Positions 22,521 through 36,300 of a DNA stretch of 64,000 nt are shown piece after piece; within the stretch, counting starts at the first letter, position 1, and each line of letters begins with the position of its first letter. The translations under genes and the position numbers were made by a program. Under the pieces are notes generated by a model. That model saw only the letters and a list, made by a program, of their open reading frames with translations, did not search any database and was not told where the DNA came from. Origin of the DNA: Laetmonice hystrix (Eukaryota); assembly GCA_965235115.1 (NCBI GenBank), contig OZ249437.1, positions 47,678,001 to 47,742,000 of the forward strand, given 5' to 3'.

Positions 22521-25500
22521 CTGAAACAGAGCCAAAACATTCACGTTAGGAGAGTGGACAAATATTGACATGGAAAGTGGCACCAATGTACGGATTTATG
22601 ACGTCAATAGACTGACTTTGACACAATCTTTTATCAGAAATAGGATTGACTTTGAACACAGAACTTGGCATTAATCACAAGAATCGGTATTGATACGTAA
22701 TCACGTCACGAACGCCTCCTCAGTTAAATGTAACTGAGAAAATCTGCCACCATCCTGGGAATATGTCTCATGCTGACCGTGAAGTCTCATGTTTGTCACT
22801 GAAGAATGAATGAGGTGTGATTCATGACAGCGAGGTCTGACAGATGACAGGTTAGGCCACATAAAAATAGTACTTGTTTAGCGCCCCACCCGACCTGAGA
22901 AATGTCCCCAACCTTGATTTCTTTTACCTTTTTTATTTTTCAAAGCACCCTTAAAATAAAATGTAAAAACTGTCCAAACAACGTGTTCAAACCTATTAAG
23001 ACCACTTGACCACTCGAGGAAAGAATTAATCCAAAATTTTCCAATGTTTTCTTCTTCAATTTCCAGCTTGAAAGTTTCTATGGTCTTCTGTACTTTACTA
23101 ACTTGCCTTCTGACCATGAATACCATTGACCATTCCATTCATAGAATAAAAAATAAAAATAAAAACTTCCCTCCCGACCAGGAAAAAATGGAAGAGGTGG
23201 ACGGTATTACTAGAAATATTTATGTGGCCTTATAGACAGGTTGTAACACTTCATAATAATATCCTTGTTGGCCTCGAGTCCCGCGTGGTGTCACATATGA
23301 GGATGTCAGATTGAAGATGAACATTCATCGATTTATTACAGAAATGTAACGGTAATTCTAACCATATCACTCAAAACACTGAACCTGACCTGTCCGATTG
23401 CTTGATACTCGATCCTACAATGCTGACTGCACACACGGAACCTGTCGTCCTCTTTCTATTATACTGTACGGGCCCTAGCAAGAGCTAAGTATAGACCTCA
23501 GAAAAACAGGCATACTGAACAACTTCACCCCGCGGTGTTCGTCCGGCATGGAACCATTAAGGCCGCTTCGCATTCACCAAACACTGCCCCAACTATTGTC
23601 ACTGCTCAAATCACCCCAAGACGGAGCTTGGAGTTACAGGAACCTGAACCTCGTGTAGAGACAGCTATTGAATAAAACATGTCGACATATCTACTCCTCT
23701 TATTGTGATAGTTGTAAAAATATCACAAATCCAACAGTCGAGCATCGCAAACTATTAATATTATAGGTACATGTTTTAATTCGATTACAGAATCTTCCAC
23801 ATAGAGAAAGGCAGACTGTTCGCTTCCATTACTGAAGATAATTTTAAAAGTCTAAAAATAGCTTAGAATATTAAAACGAGTACTAATGGCACTTAGTAAA
23901 TCATAATCCCTATTATCTGTTTAAATTGAGCCAAAAACATCCATTTCTATAGAGCTTCACTTCTGTATAGAAGATCTGTTATCGATACCGACATAAAGAA
24001 CACTAGCTACTAACGCATACTCATACTAATGTACATACAAAAACAACATCAAACAAGAATATTTTTCGAACTCTATTACGAAAAGCGCTTAATTGTTATT
24101 CTATGTGTGGCTCATCCCAGACATATGATAGAAAGCATAAGTGAGTTTCACGGTTATCCCAATCCAACTTATGGCCATTATAACCGTCATTCGTTCACAC
24201 TGTTTACATTAGATTATTTCATTGCTACTATACGATTTCCTCGTCAACAAACACCTTCTCAATACACGGGCCAAAGTAATTCGTCATTCTTCTTTTTTTA
24301 AGTGACTTATTTTTTTCAGCAAAGCCTATTGAAGTCATCTGAAAACCACCTGTCTATACCCTAAGTTGACGGTAGTAAAATATATCTCAAAATAAAGAGC
24401 ATGTCTAAAATAGAGTCTTAATTTCCTGTACTCCAGATGGCGAAGAACTCGGGAGTGTTTCAAGCTGCCGGCCTTTCCTATATTACCCCCCCCCCCCCAC
24501 ACACACACACACACCCAAACTACCACCCATTCAAAATGGCCTGCTCACTATACATGGTAAAAACATACTTCGTGAAGTGGGCGGTTCGCTATCACACCCC
24601 CGCATCCATATTACCAGTTATAAATCACAAGTCAAGAGACCATGGGAGTTATGAACCTGGACCCTAATCCCTTTCCTTGCCCTAAATTTATTTTCCATCC
24701 AGAACTACTCAGTTTCTTTCTCTGGGGGTAGTGTCTTTTTCTCATATTTCAAAAAGTATTCTTTAGAAGTGGTTTTGAAACCTAACCTTCTGATGCAGAG
24801 TTATGACGGATGAAAATGCAATGTAATCCCCCGATAGTCGGGTTACTAATGATCCCATCTGATACCGACAGGGTCGTTTGGTTATGGCGGAAATTACGAA
24901 ACACGTTTGAAATGTTGGGACTTTCTTCTACAGGTCATGCCCTCCTGTACCTCTAAATGCGGATCTGGTATTGGTTGCTGCGTACAGCGCCACCATTCGG
25001 CTCGGGGACGACGCCAACAATATGGCGTTTGAGGAAGTGGGATCCTATTAAAGGCAGTGTAGAGAATACCAGTCGAGCGGGCAGGTGGTGATGGGTCATG
25101 ACAGTAAACCAATCCACCGTCTCAACCAACCGTATACTGACATTTCATCTCTTCCTACCTTCATTTCCGGCAGAAGGCGATTATTCTGTCAGGTTCTCGC
25201 TTCAGTTAGACCCGGATATCTCGGGTCAGTTTCAAGGGACGAGTGGGCACGGAGGTTATTTGTTTGGGGTCGAAAGGTTAGAAATATATGTCTTTAATTT
25301 CCTGTTGGCGATCAGAAGGGTAGTTCGATAGGTGGCCGTGGCTCTGCCTGAGGTGGCAATAAAAAGTCAGGTAGTGTCTTGCTACACCTATCAAGCAGTC
25401 AGATTCTGGCAGCCAGCGAGTTCCTTCTCAGGCAGACAATATCAGGTCCTACTCAAATCTCTCTGGCTCACTCTGTTCGTGACGGGAAAGGTTAACTTGT

Positions 25501-28206
25501 CTGCGGGTGAACTAATTAAGTTAAAAACGTTTGAAAGGGATATTTTTAACGCTTCAGTGACTAACATGGGCAATGTCTGGCGCAGCTCTGGTCAAACAAC
25601 GCTCACTAACGGACGCTGTGGGCATCTACGGTTACTCACCAAAGGTCCGTTAAGATACCTCAGGTAAAACTAAAGTTGACGGATGAGGCCCCGGCATCGT
25701 ACATGGCCACAAGGCATGTTCCGTCCTTTGTAGCTTCCTCCTCCAAAGGTTTCTTTAGGATCTAATGAAGTTATGTTCCACTGAGCCAATTTAAACTTTC
25801 GAAAGTATCTCAGAACTAAAAATGAAGCAACTCGTTTTCGAAACTTGCAAATAAAAGAGAAATGTTTTTGATGTCTCACTTCTCAAAGTGTAGGCCTACC
25901 TATTTTTTCAAGAGAAATAACATCTGCAAATCTTGAGGTCTGAGAACAGTACATGGACCTATCTCAACTTGGCTGCTTCCAGCTGTGTTATGCTTGCAAT
26001 TGCTGTTATTTAGTTCTTTCATCATTTCTCATGTTTCATCTTCCAGTTTGTGTGCTGGTTATTCGTGAAGAAATCGCGCTACCACATCGATATGGTATAG
26101 GGTTGATGGACAAGAATAAAAGGAACCGGCTAAAGGTCCAACGGCGTATAAGAGTGGTGTTGAACCTTATCCACCCAACCGTTTGGCGTATAAGGATCAA
26201 CATGGACCTTATATGCGCAACGGTTGGGCGTATTAGGTTAATGTTGATCCTTATAGGCCGAAATGTTCGCCGTATAGGCCTACACATGTCTGAGAGAAAT
26301 GTATTGTGCAAGGGCCTCTAGATGATCATACATCGACTTTGAACAAGAGCCAGTTTGGGTGCCTTCTTTAGAGGAAATGACGTAATAAAAATGGCTTTCC
26401 ATTGGTCAATAGTGGTTGGACGTAGAAGAGACATGTCATCGCCAATACACGCCCAACGGTTGGGAGTATAGCCACCCCGAACATAAAACCCCCACCCCGC
26501 GTTTCAGTGTTAATCGTCCAGTGGTAACAACGACCCTCGCAATGACGAACGAGAATCACTTGCACGGGATCCTTGTTCTAATTGAACTGAAACATGAAAA
26601 CTCGGGACGTGTCACTTCGATCAATTTTAGATTTACATGGATGACTTCCTTAATTACTGACCTCTAACGGTCCCAAATCTCATTATACAGTTCAGCTCAC
26701 ATCACGAGGGTTTCAGCGTGGTGATCAACGGTGCAGTTCGTTGTCGCGCCAGTAGTGGAAGGCGTGGGAGGCCCAAGGTTCCGTTACCAACCGTTACTGG
26801 CCACCCAGATGGCCACTCTGAAGTCTGTGCGCTTGGTGTCCGCTGGTAGGACCCGGCAGACACAGCCTCACTTTAGGTCGGAGGGCCTACTTCCGGTAGT
26901 GGCCCAGTCCCGCCCTCGCCAGCTGCCACCACAGGCCTCAGATGTATTCAGCGGACGCTTCAAGCAACCCGCACCAACGTACGGGAATACAAAAGATGTT
27001 TTTGCAAATTCCAGCTATCACCTCCGGCTAATTACAGAGCTCGGTATTGATTATTCGCTCATGGCGGGAGTTTTGGTGGCCTGATCAGCCATCTTCTAGT
27101 GGGTAGGCGCCAGCCTCTTTTGTTGAGTCTTGATCTTAAGATAGCTACAGATGCATAGTGTGCTGGGCTCCCTTAGAAACCTGGGTATCCTTGGAAGAGC
27201 CATTACATAGAGAACCATTTCCTCGGACAAAATCCTTTATCCACGCTCTGAAAGGCCAAAAACCTAAGTCTCCCTTGACACTAGAAGCCGTCTTAGAATA
27301 ATTGATTGGGTCATTTCACTTACCCGGCGCATTTGGTATTGCCGACAGCTACTGCCCGTTTCAAAATGTGAGTCTGACTGTGGCCAGTGTGGGAGCAATC
27401 CATGCTGTTCGGCCTAAAGACACTGTCAATCTAGTTTTCAATGGAACAGGGCGCCGCTGGAACTTCATTAGAATGTCTATCTGAGGCTCTTATAAAATTT
27501 CAACGTCAACGCTCGGTAATCTGAGCCATTTCCGAAACCTCGAACCAAGTGGAATGACGTCTGATGGGATCTCCGATGGATTTCAATAAGAATGTTGTAA
27601 TCGGTAAAGCTACACACAAAAATAAGTTGAAAATTATCCGATTACTACTGAATTAAGAAAAGAAGGCGATACCACCTAATTGGCTCACAACGGTGCAAGG
27701 TGACTCAACGCCTGTCAACGTCGTGATCCCGGCATGTAAGGTTTTACACAGGGATCAAGCTGAATAAATGAAAGAAATATAATGAACCGCCGGATTCAGA
27801 CTGCACGAACCGTTTTCAACCAATCCTATAGAAGTCATTCCCCCTTGTCTAGAGTCACGTGACAGGTTTCCGCCATTTCCAACCGTTTGTGCTCAAGGAA
27901 AACGGAATAGGAGACTAATTCTGCCGTGGACAGATTCGAAAACCTAGAAACATTGAAAGGTTCCCTAAGAAACATATGGGAGTCGAAATGATACCGTTTA
28001 GTTGCAAGAGTCTTCTTGTTTATGGTCCAAGAAGTGTTGGGCAATTCTCAGGTTTACAATCTCGGCTTCCGTTTTGACCATAAAACTGGTTGATACCGTA
28101 CAAATCTTCGCTAGTTTGATTAAAACCCTTCATGGCACATGATTCGGCACAAGTCGGTCTGATGTGGCCGAACAGTCCGCGCGGTCTTCCAGAGCCGACC
28201 CGACTC

Positions 28207-28410
28207 CCTTGTCGACCAGCCGACCCATCCACCTTGTCGACCAGCCGACCCATCCACCTTGTCGACCAGCCGACCCATCCACCTTGTCGACCAGCCGACC
28301 CATCCACCTTGGCGACCAGCCGACCCATCCACCTTGGCGACCAGCCGACCCATCCACCTTGTCGACCAGCCGACCCATCCACCTTATCGGCCAGCCGACC
28401 CATCTACCTT
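28207..28410. repeat. 25-bp minisatellite, ~8 copies
   Basis: Unit CCTTGTCGACCAGCCGACCCATCCA. Confidence 0.95.
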
Positions 28411-30195
28411 GCCCCCCCCCCCCGCCTCCTTAACATAATATTAACACACATATTTAATTATATATTTAATTATTATTTAAATTATATTCAAATTGATGGG
28501 ACTACATTCTATTCTAGCCGCCATTTTGTATTGTTTCCGTTTCCCCTGTGACGACACGGCTGGTTAATCACTTGAGCCCACGATTCCATTTTTTTCTTTG
28601 TTTCCTGCTTATAGGGTTCAAGTTTAGAAACTGAAACTTGCCCGACGTCTTCTGCCCAACAGGAAACCCTGGACGTGACTCCAGTTTCAATCCTGTCACT
28701 TCCTATTTTCGCTGAAAACGTGGTTGCATAAAAGGAGTCGTTTGATGAACTGATAATGAGACTATTACTATTAGTCTGATAACCTAATTATCCCCTCTTA
28801 TAACAAGGACCTGGACCCGGGCATGCAACTCAGCAACTATATAACTTCAATCCAAAACAATCAGTCAGCAACTCCTTGACATTTAAAGTAAGGCAGATGT
28901 TGAAGTACTGTAATTTTGTAGAAAGTCTGCGTCTAAACGCACAAAGAAGTGTTCAAGTTGTTGAGAAATGAAGTTAATTATCAGAGGTATCTCTCTGGGA
29001 CTACCAGGACGTTCTCATTTGTAATCGTTTGTATGTTAGCCTCAGGAGTACGGCTGGTCGTCTGTAGTCTTCACGGTTTGCCTGATTGCTTACAATCAGG
29101 GGACATCCACAACGGTATCGCCAAGTTTCTGCAAACCGTTTATTTTTAAGTGATTTACAGGTTTCAATGCCTTTAGAGTAACTTCTTGATTTATCTTATT
29201 ATCTGGTGAGTTAAAACTTTCAAGTCGGTTTAGATGTATGTGTGAAATAAATCCCAGGGGTTCACGCCTTACTTAGAGCAGATAATATCTTTTATATAAA
29301 GTACCCATAAATTTGTAAGGAAATCCGGCTGGCACCTAAACGCTGGTGATTAGGCGGTGATTAAAACTTTGTTCCATAAAAATTCAAAACAGGTCTTCTG
29401 GCAATCTTGCCAGATAAAACAGCATGAGGATGTTGGTAAGACTTCCGGCATGAGAGCCACCATGATTTCTTACCGCTGGGATCACGAAAGCTTTGAGAGC
29501 TGTGAGCTTGCTCTTGTCGGAACCTGTCTAGCGGGAAGGAGACAATAGAGGAGTCCGACAATTGTTACTTGGTTCTAATCAATCGATACATCAGCCATGT
29601 TTGACGGTGCTGAGGATGGCATTAAGCACCTCCTCAGTGGTCAGATTGATACATTAAAAAGCCTGGTGCCAGAGACCTGCTGTGTCTGTGAATCGATGCC
29701 CGAGTGTGGTCGGGTTGCCTTGGACCGAGTGTGAGGCTCCGCCACCAGACGAGGGATAGGTGAAGTCGACCAAGCCACTCAATCTCTGAACACAGCCATT
29801 CCATCGGAGGACAATCTGTCAACGTCGGCCACCGCTACCTCCCTGAACAATGCGATTTCTACGATCTCTGTTCTGTGGGTGAATAATGTGTGAACTCCAA
29901 CTGTGACCCCATTCATTGTGTGACCTGCATGCCCCGCTGACAGCTTGTGTGTGAACCTCTGGGGTCACTTCAAGTCGAGAGCATAAACGCCTTACATTAC
30001 AATGGATTCAGTCCAGCATAAATGTCGAGAAATTCACTCTCTGAGTGGCAAGGGAGTTTGGCAAACCGTCGAGCTTCACGCTCCCACCCATCCGTTATAA
30101 AAAGGTGAACTACACAACTACCCCAGTCATCTGTGAAGGAATGGTGAACTCCACCAAGCTACTCCATCATTGAACAAGATCATGGGTCCACCAAC

Positions 30196-30982
30196 TCACT
30201 TCATCTGTGAACTAATGGTGAACTTCACCAATTATAAACCACTTCGTCTGTGAGCTAATGATGAACTTCACTAATCATAAACCACTTTGTCTGTGAGCTA
30301 ATGGTGAACTTCACTAATCATACACCACTTTGTCTGTGAGCTAATGGTGAACTTCACCAATTATAAACCACTTCGTCTGTGAGCTAATGATGAACTTCAC
30401 TAATCATAAACCACTTTGTCTGTGAGCTAATGGTGAACTTCACTAATCATACACCACTTTGTCTGTGAGCTAATGGTGAACTTCACCAATTATAAACCAC
30501 TTCGTCTGTGAGCTAATGATGAACTTCACTAATCATAAACCACTTTGTCTGTGAGCTAATGGTGAACTTCACTAATCATACACCACTTTGTCTGTGAGCT
30601 AATGGTGAACTTCACCAATTATAAACCACTTTGTCTGTGAACTAATGGTGAACTTCACCAATTATAAACCACTTCGTCTGTTAACTAATGGTGAACTTCA
30701 CTAATCATAAACCACTTTGTCTGTGAGCTAATGGTGAACTTCACTAATCATAAACCACTTTGTCTGTGAGCTAATGGTGAACTTCACCAATTATAAACCA
30801 CTTCGTCTGTGAACTAATGATGAACTTCACTAATCATAAACCACTTTGTCTGTGAGCTAATGGTGAACTTCACTAATCATACACCACTTTGTCTGTGAGC
30901 TAATGGTGAACTTCACCAATTATAAACCACTTTGTCTGTGAACTAATGGTGAACTTCACCAATTATAAACCACTTCGTCTAT
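30196..30982. repeat. 43-bp minisatellite, ~18 copies, with 129-bp higher-order trimer
   Basis: Unit CCACTTTGTCTGTGAGCTAATGGTGAACTTCACTAATCATAAA. The variant CCACTTCG..GATGAAC recurs at 30239, 30368 and 30497. Confidence 0.97.
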
Positions 30983-31696
30983 GAACAAAGGGGATCTCGC
31001 CAAAAATCTCGACGAATGCCCACCTGAGTATAGTTGGTGACGGGAAAATGTTGTAAAAAAATAAGTGTTATATGCTCGATTTCTTGGAAAGTGAGAGAAA
31101 AAATCTTTAACCCCGGCAACCCCCTCATCTAACCCACTCATCTGCACCCCCCACCCCCACCCCAACCCGCTCATCGGTAACTCCACCATATGTAAATCCA
31201 CTAACCCATTCCTCTGTAACTCCAACAAATGAAAGTGACAGGGTTGGGTGGGCTGGCGACGACCACCCTGTGGTACTAAAGGACTTCTAAGCGTTTGGCC
31301 TCTCAGGGAATGGGCCGAGGGTGACCTTTAACTTGAATCCTTTTAGGTACGGCTTACAGTTCGGGCTCGGCCACTGCAGCTGCTGCTGTCTTCAGTCCCG
31401 GCTTGATCCTAATTTAAATGGTCCGAGGCGTTGTTATCCCCATTACGAGCCGGGAACTGCGCTAAGCCTCGAAAATGTGACAGGACCGCAGCCAGGAATA
31501 GTACAAACCGTCAGTATGGTGGTGAGAATAAAAGTGAGTGATAAATTGGCTGGTTTATGTCCTGTTGTAAACGGTTGGCCTTCTCAAGCGAGAAAAAATT
31601 GTATCTGAATCGACTAAAAATTGCAGGACCTACAACCAAGCGACGGACTGTCCGTCGCCAGTCGGACGGTTCGACACGCTTATTGAAACACCCCAG

Positions 31697-31767
31697 GGCC
31701 CGGTTTTTAGTTCGTCAGTCTTAAGATTTGAATCTTAATACTGAGTTTGCAAACTAAAAACCGGGTC
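31697..31767. mobile_element. 71-bp Harbinger-like mini-element
   Basis: CAG|GGCCCGGTTTTTAGTT ... AACTAAAAACCGGGTC|CAG: 16-bp TIR with 1 mismatch and 3-bp CAG TSD. Confidence 0.65.
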
Positions 31768-32127
31768 CAGGTGTGATGCCCTATTCATTTCTACACTGCA
31801 TGGGCATAATGTTACACGCCCAGCTCTTATACGTACCCATGCTCGGCCAACTCCCCTCCCCCTTCCAAGACAGGACACGCGGAGCGTTTGGCCACCTGAC
31901 TTTGTCCCTGAGGACATCTTACCCCATGGTATTTGGATAAAAAAAACCATCAGCTTACTGGGTCCAGTTCAGTCGGCTTAAGTCTCGAAGTCCCGGACTA
32001 AAAAATGCCATTTTCATGAAAAAAAACCCACTAACATTTCTTAGTGAAATCAAGGCACTTAAGCAACTTGGTAGTGAAATAATAATTCTTTACAAGCTGC
32101 TGAATTTTTCAATTTTTCAATATTAAT

Positions 32128-32219
32128 GTCAGTTTTCTGACATGTCAGATAAATATAAGTGGACTGTCCGCGACAGTCCCCTTATATTTATCTGACATGT
32201 GATTTGTCAGAAAACTGAC
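32128..32219. repeat. Near-perfect inverted repeat / hairpin
   Basis: 29-bp arms 32140-32168 and 32172-32200 (1 mismatch, 3-nt loop), inside an outer GTCAGTTTTCTGAC / GTCAGAAAACTGAC pair. Confidence 0.85.
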
Positions 32220-33092
32220 GACAAGTACGAACTGTTCCGGAATACTCCGGACTTCAGTCGCAAGGGTGTATACACAGAACGACAGTGCCGGACAAGACTC
32301 GAAGGGACTTTAGGGGATAAAGACTAGTCCGTTGTTGTCTTGATACGCTGTGTATACCGGGCTTTAGGACACGAGAAGCTAACCACAGAGTGTGCAGCAC
32401 AGCCCAGGTTCCGCACACTATTGAAAAAATGGAGGGTAGTTTTGCCGTTAAGACGATGGACTAATCCCAGGGAAAGTGTATTAAACTACTGCCTAGGTTT
32501 GTCACTGTTAATGCCAGTCAGGATATAGATGGCTAGGTAATCTCATGATCCCTAGTCACTCTTCTGGATTTCCCTTTTAGGACCAACGGGTTGGCCGTGC
32601 AAACACGATTTACCTTAACAGTTCCTGCGCACGGCTTAATACTGATCAACTCTTAGAGATTACATGCATCATGAATGAGCAAAACTTTCGGGAAACAAAA
32701 GTGGAACATCAGACCATTTGTTCACTATACAATCTGTGGCATTTCCACCAGTCATATTGTTCCATAGACACAGGCCTCATGGCTCACAACCACGTCTCTA
32801 ATTGGCATGTAATGAGACATTTCCCCCGATTTGCAGCGTCGACATGGATATATAAAAATAACACCGCTCGAGGGAGATTTGCATGACACCCATACAAAGG
32901 CTTGTAATGCCTATCCGACTTACTAGTTATACGACACTCGATCCTGCTTCCCACTTTTATTATTATACCGAGTCTACCTCTTTTCTTGGTTGTGGGGGGG
33001 GGGGGGCGGTGGATTTCGATGTCGCTTTATTAAATCATAGAACGTATAGCAGAAGCAAGGAGAGGGTGAGACGCAGTTAATTTTGAAACTGC

Positions 33093-33338
33093 AACGACCG
33101 TCGCTACGACCGTCGCTACGACCGTCGCTACGACCGTCGCTACGACCGTCGCTACGACCGTCGCTACGACCGTCGCGACGACCGTCGCTACGACCGTCGC
33201 TACGACCGTCGCTACGACCGTCGCTACGACCGTCGCTACGACCGTCGCTACGACCGTCGCGACGACCGTCGCTACGACCGTCGCTACGACCGTCGCTACG
33301 ACCGTCGCTACGACCGTCGCTACGACCGTCGCTACGAC
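33093..33338. repeat. 12-bp minisatellite (ACGACCGTCGCT)n, ~20 copies
   Basis: Directly visible. The variant GCGA occurs twice, 84 bp apart. Confidence 0.97.
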
Positions 33339-36300
33339 CAGGCCTTGTGCTCCCCAGCCAAACCCCCACAGTATTGAACACCCCAGGCCCCCTTACGATC
33401 GTGCTCCTCATCCACGTGTAATATCGGGTGCGAATCTCAAGATGAAGACACGCGACACGAGACACGATTCTAAATGGTACACTATTGTACCTACTCCGCA
33501 TACACACAATGTATACGTCAGCTTTATGCGATGCCTTCCCTAATGATGTGTTAGTGGCACGCAAATTCCAAAACAAAAATGAAGAGATGGGAACCTGTCA
33601 TGCAATGCCTGAAAGGTTCCCAGCTAACATTTCTGAACAGCATATATCTGACCTTTAAAAATTACGTGTAAATAGAATCAACTCGACTCCGTTGAACGAC
33701 GGCACGAGCTGAAGGTGAGTGATGAAGAGGTCTCCGACTGTTCCAACGGAATGCCAAACTCTGCCATATGGATGTGTCTCTGGCCTTCCACCAGGTTGCA
33801 TGACATCGCATGAACGGAAACTCGCTCCCTCTGCGTGTTTCAATAACTCAATCAATAAAGCACTTGGGCAATTCATCCCAAGGAGGAACACAAACGACCA
33901 TAATCGTGACGGAAACATGTATTTCTGACCTAGTTCAGTTACAGTCATGTAATCCCCTTTGCTCCCGAAATGCAGTTTTACCCGTCTTGATATCCACTGA
34001 CTTTGATCAGAAATGAGATTTCCGCAGAGTTAACCCACATACGACGTCATTGAAACACAACTCATGATTGGTTCAGAACGTTACAACTCCACAAAATCTA
34101 TGGTGGGTCTCGGGTAGGTCCCCAACCTATCACGGGTAACCGAACCTCGGCCGGGATTCGGCCTCAATGGGAGAAATACGATTATTCTACGCGATCACGT
34201 CACGGGGAATCAAACAATAGCTAGAGACAGAGTGCAGCCAGAACAGAATCAGGCATGATATCGATGGCACAACCAGATCGAGGTCCCTTAACCGCGTATA
34301 TTGTATGTAGATATGAATTAAGATCGGAGCAGAGACATTCATCATGACCATAATGTGAGTGTTTAATGTGGTTAACAGCTGAAGCTGCCAGTAGAAAACG
34401 TATGCTTTGCCACATTTCATGACTATACTCTTCCATTGTTACAAAGATAAAAAATGAGCCACTTTAAGAATGTTCCCGCCGCCTGAGTGCCGCGGTATGG
34501 TCAGGAGGTGAACATATCAGAAGTACTGTGGCCGAAAAGTACAAACATTCTCGGCTCACAGATTTCGATCCTCGGCTCACAGATTTCTGTACTCGCGTTT
34601 AATGTTTCTACTGGGCTCGCAGATTTCGCTACTCGAACCTGACTCAATATCACTATGAGACAGAAAGATGTGCCAAATACCTCAAATCATAGACATATTG
34701 CGGAAATAAACAAATAAAAGCAGCTTAAAGCTGATCTTCATGCAGAAAGACTTCACAAATTTACGAAGATCATACCTGAAACAATGTGGACGACTAAATA
34801 TCCATTATTTATTTCATAAATAAATAAAAAAAAAATTACATACATCAACTGTTTACCATTATAGGGACATTACCATTATAGAATGACCACAGTTTAAATG
34901 GATGTTACTCGGTGAATAAAAATCCAGGATGATTTTCTCTCCAAGTGAACTGTCGGTGGTGTGAAGGCAGCGTTTTCTACCCTCGAGACGTCTATTTGTG
35001 AAGCCACCATTGAATGTTTCCCTTCCCTTGCCCTGACGGTACACAGGGGAACCATGACTCCCGTTGTCTCAGACCTTCCCCTTCACACCTCGGCTGATGA
35101 CTACTGACGAATCTCCACGGCCACACACCCATAGTGTGTCTAGCTGCTGCCTGCCATGTTTGCTGGAATCTCCCTACAGTGCCCTGGACCAACTAAATTG
35201 ACAATATCTGTTAGGTTCTCTAAACAGGAAGGAACCGTCTTGTTGACAAGAGCCAGACAACGCTACCGTCTAGACTCCACCTCGCCGACACACATACCCA
35301 CTGGTAGAGGTATCGTCTGGTAGCTTTCCAAAAACACAACGGCAGGGTTTCCGCCAGAAAATCAGTTAGGGGGGATAACCCCCCCCCCCCCCTGTATGAA
35401 ATCCTACTGGGTGCTGTTCCCAGCCAAAACTGCTGCATAAATAGCTGTTAGTCACGTCTACAAGACAGTAAATCTTTGCCCGTCTGGTAGAGTCCAGGGG
35501 TACGCTCTGCCGGAAGATATCCCAAGGGTTCTACGAAGTAGTTGCATTTTGTTAGCTTGCTTGTAAAACTAGACTGACGTTAACACAGACGGTGAACAGA
35601 TTGTTGATTGTGTTTATCCGTGACAAATGTACGAGCTGGCCTAGGATGGACACCCAATATCCCAGCTGCCAGCTACATCTGCCCAGAGCCTCCTTCATTC
35701 AGTAACTCGTGCACTTACTCAGTCCTTACTCGTCCCAGTATCTAATAAGCAGCATCTTAATTCGTTCTCCTGCTAGTGACGCACGATGCAGTATCTCATT
35801 GGTTGACCTCCAGAGCGTTGTCAGACATTGGTAATATAGTTAGGTCATGGCCTTGCCCGCTCGTACATCGGGTTACGTACATCTTCCCCCAATCCTCCAT
35901 TGATCTCCACAACTCCCGACACCAAACTAACCCGCCAACTTTCAAGGTAGGCCCTAGCTCGTGGCGACTGGACTGGTTTAAACGTGATCATCAAGTCTGC
36001 CTCCTGGCTCCATGATTACTCTTTGATCACAAGTTCTAGCTATTTACCACGATGGTGCTTGGATTATATTTCTAAGTTTGTGCTATTTGGGGAGCCAATC
36101 ATCGATCTACTGTTGTTTTCTTTTCGCTAAGGTTGTTAAAACAATCCGAGGGGTACTGTGTGGAGATCTAGCTGAAGGATACATACTGATTACATTACAC
36201 CATTTCAGTTCGAATTATCCTTTAAATAAAGCTGTTTGAACCGCTATGATTAATGTTTGATGTGGCATTGATTCAAACGTAGCATACTGCCTTTACAAGT

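Noticed and set aside
26740-26860. Faint Gypsy pol-like text (VASNGW...FHYWRDNEL) on the minus strand
   Set aside because: It needs a stop and a frameshift, and adjacent RNase H or integrase motifs are absent.
27324-29527. Minus-strand exon candidates 27324-27413 and 29474-29527 upstream of 22520
   Set aside because: Plausible splice sites and phase 0, but more than one frame is open and nothing is recognisable. They cannot be distinguished from chance.
34870-35200. Possible decayed LINE ORF2 fragment (similar hints at ~29600 and ~38730)
   Set aside because: Resemblance is compositional only, with no intact RT motif.
35343-35406. CAGGGTTTC ... GAAATCCTA mini TIR pair
   Set aside because: Short, mismatched and without a TSD.
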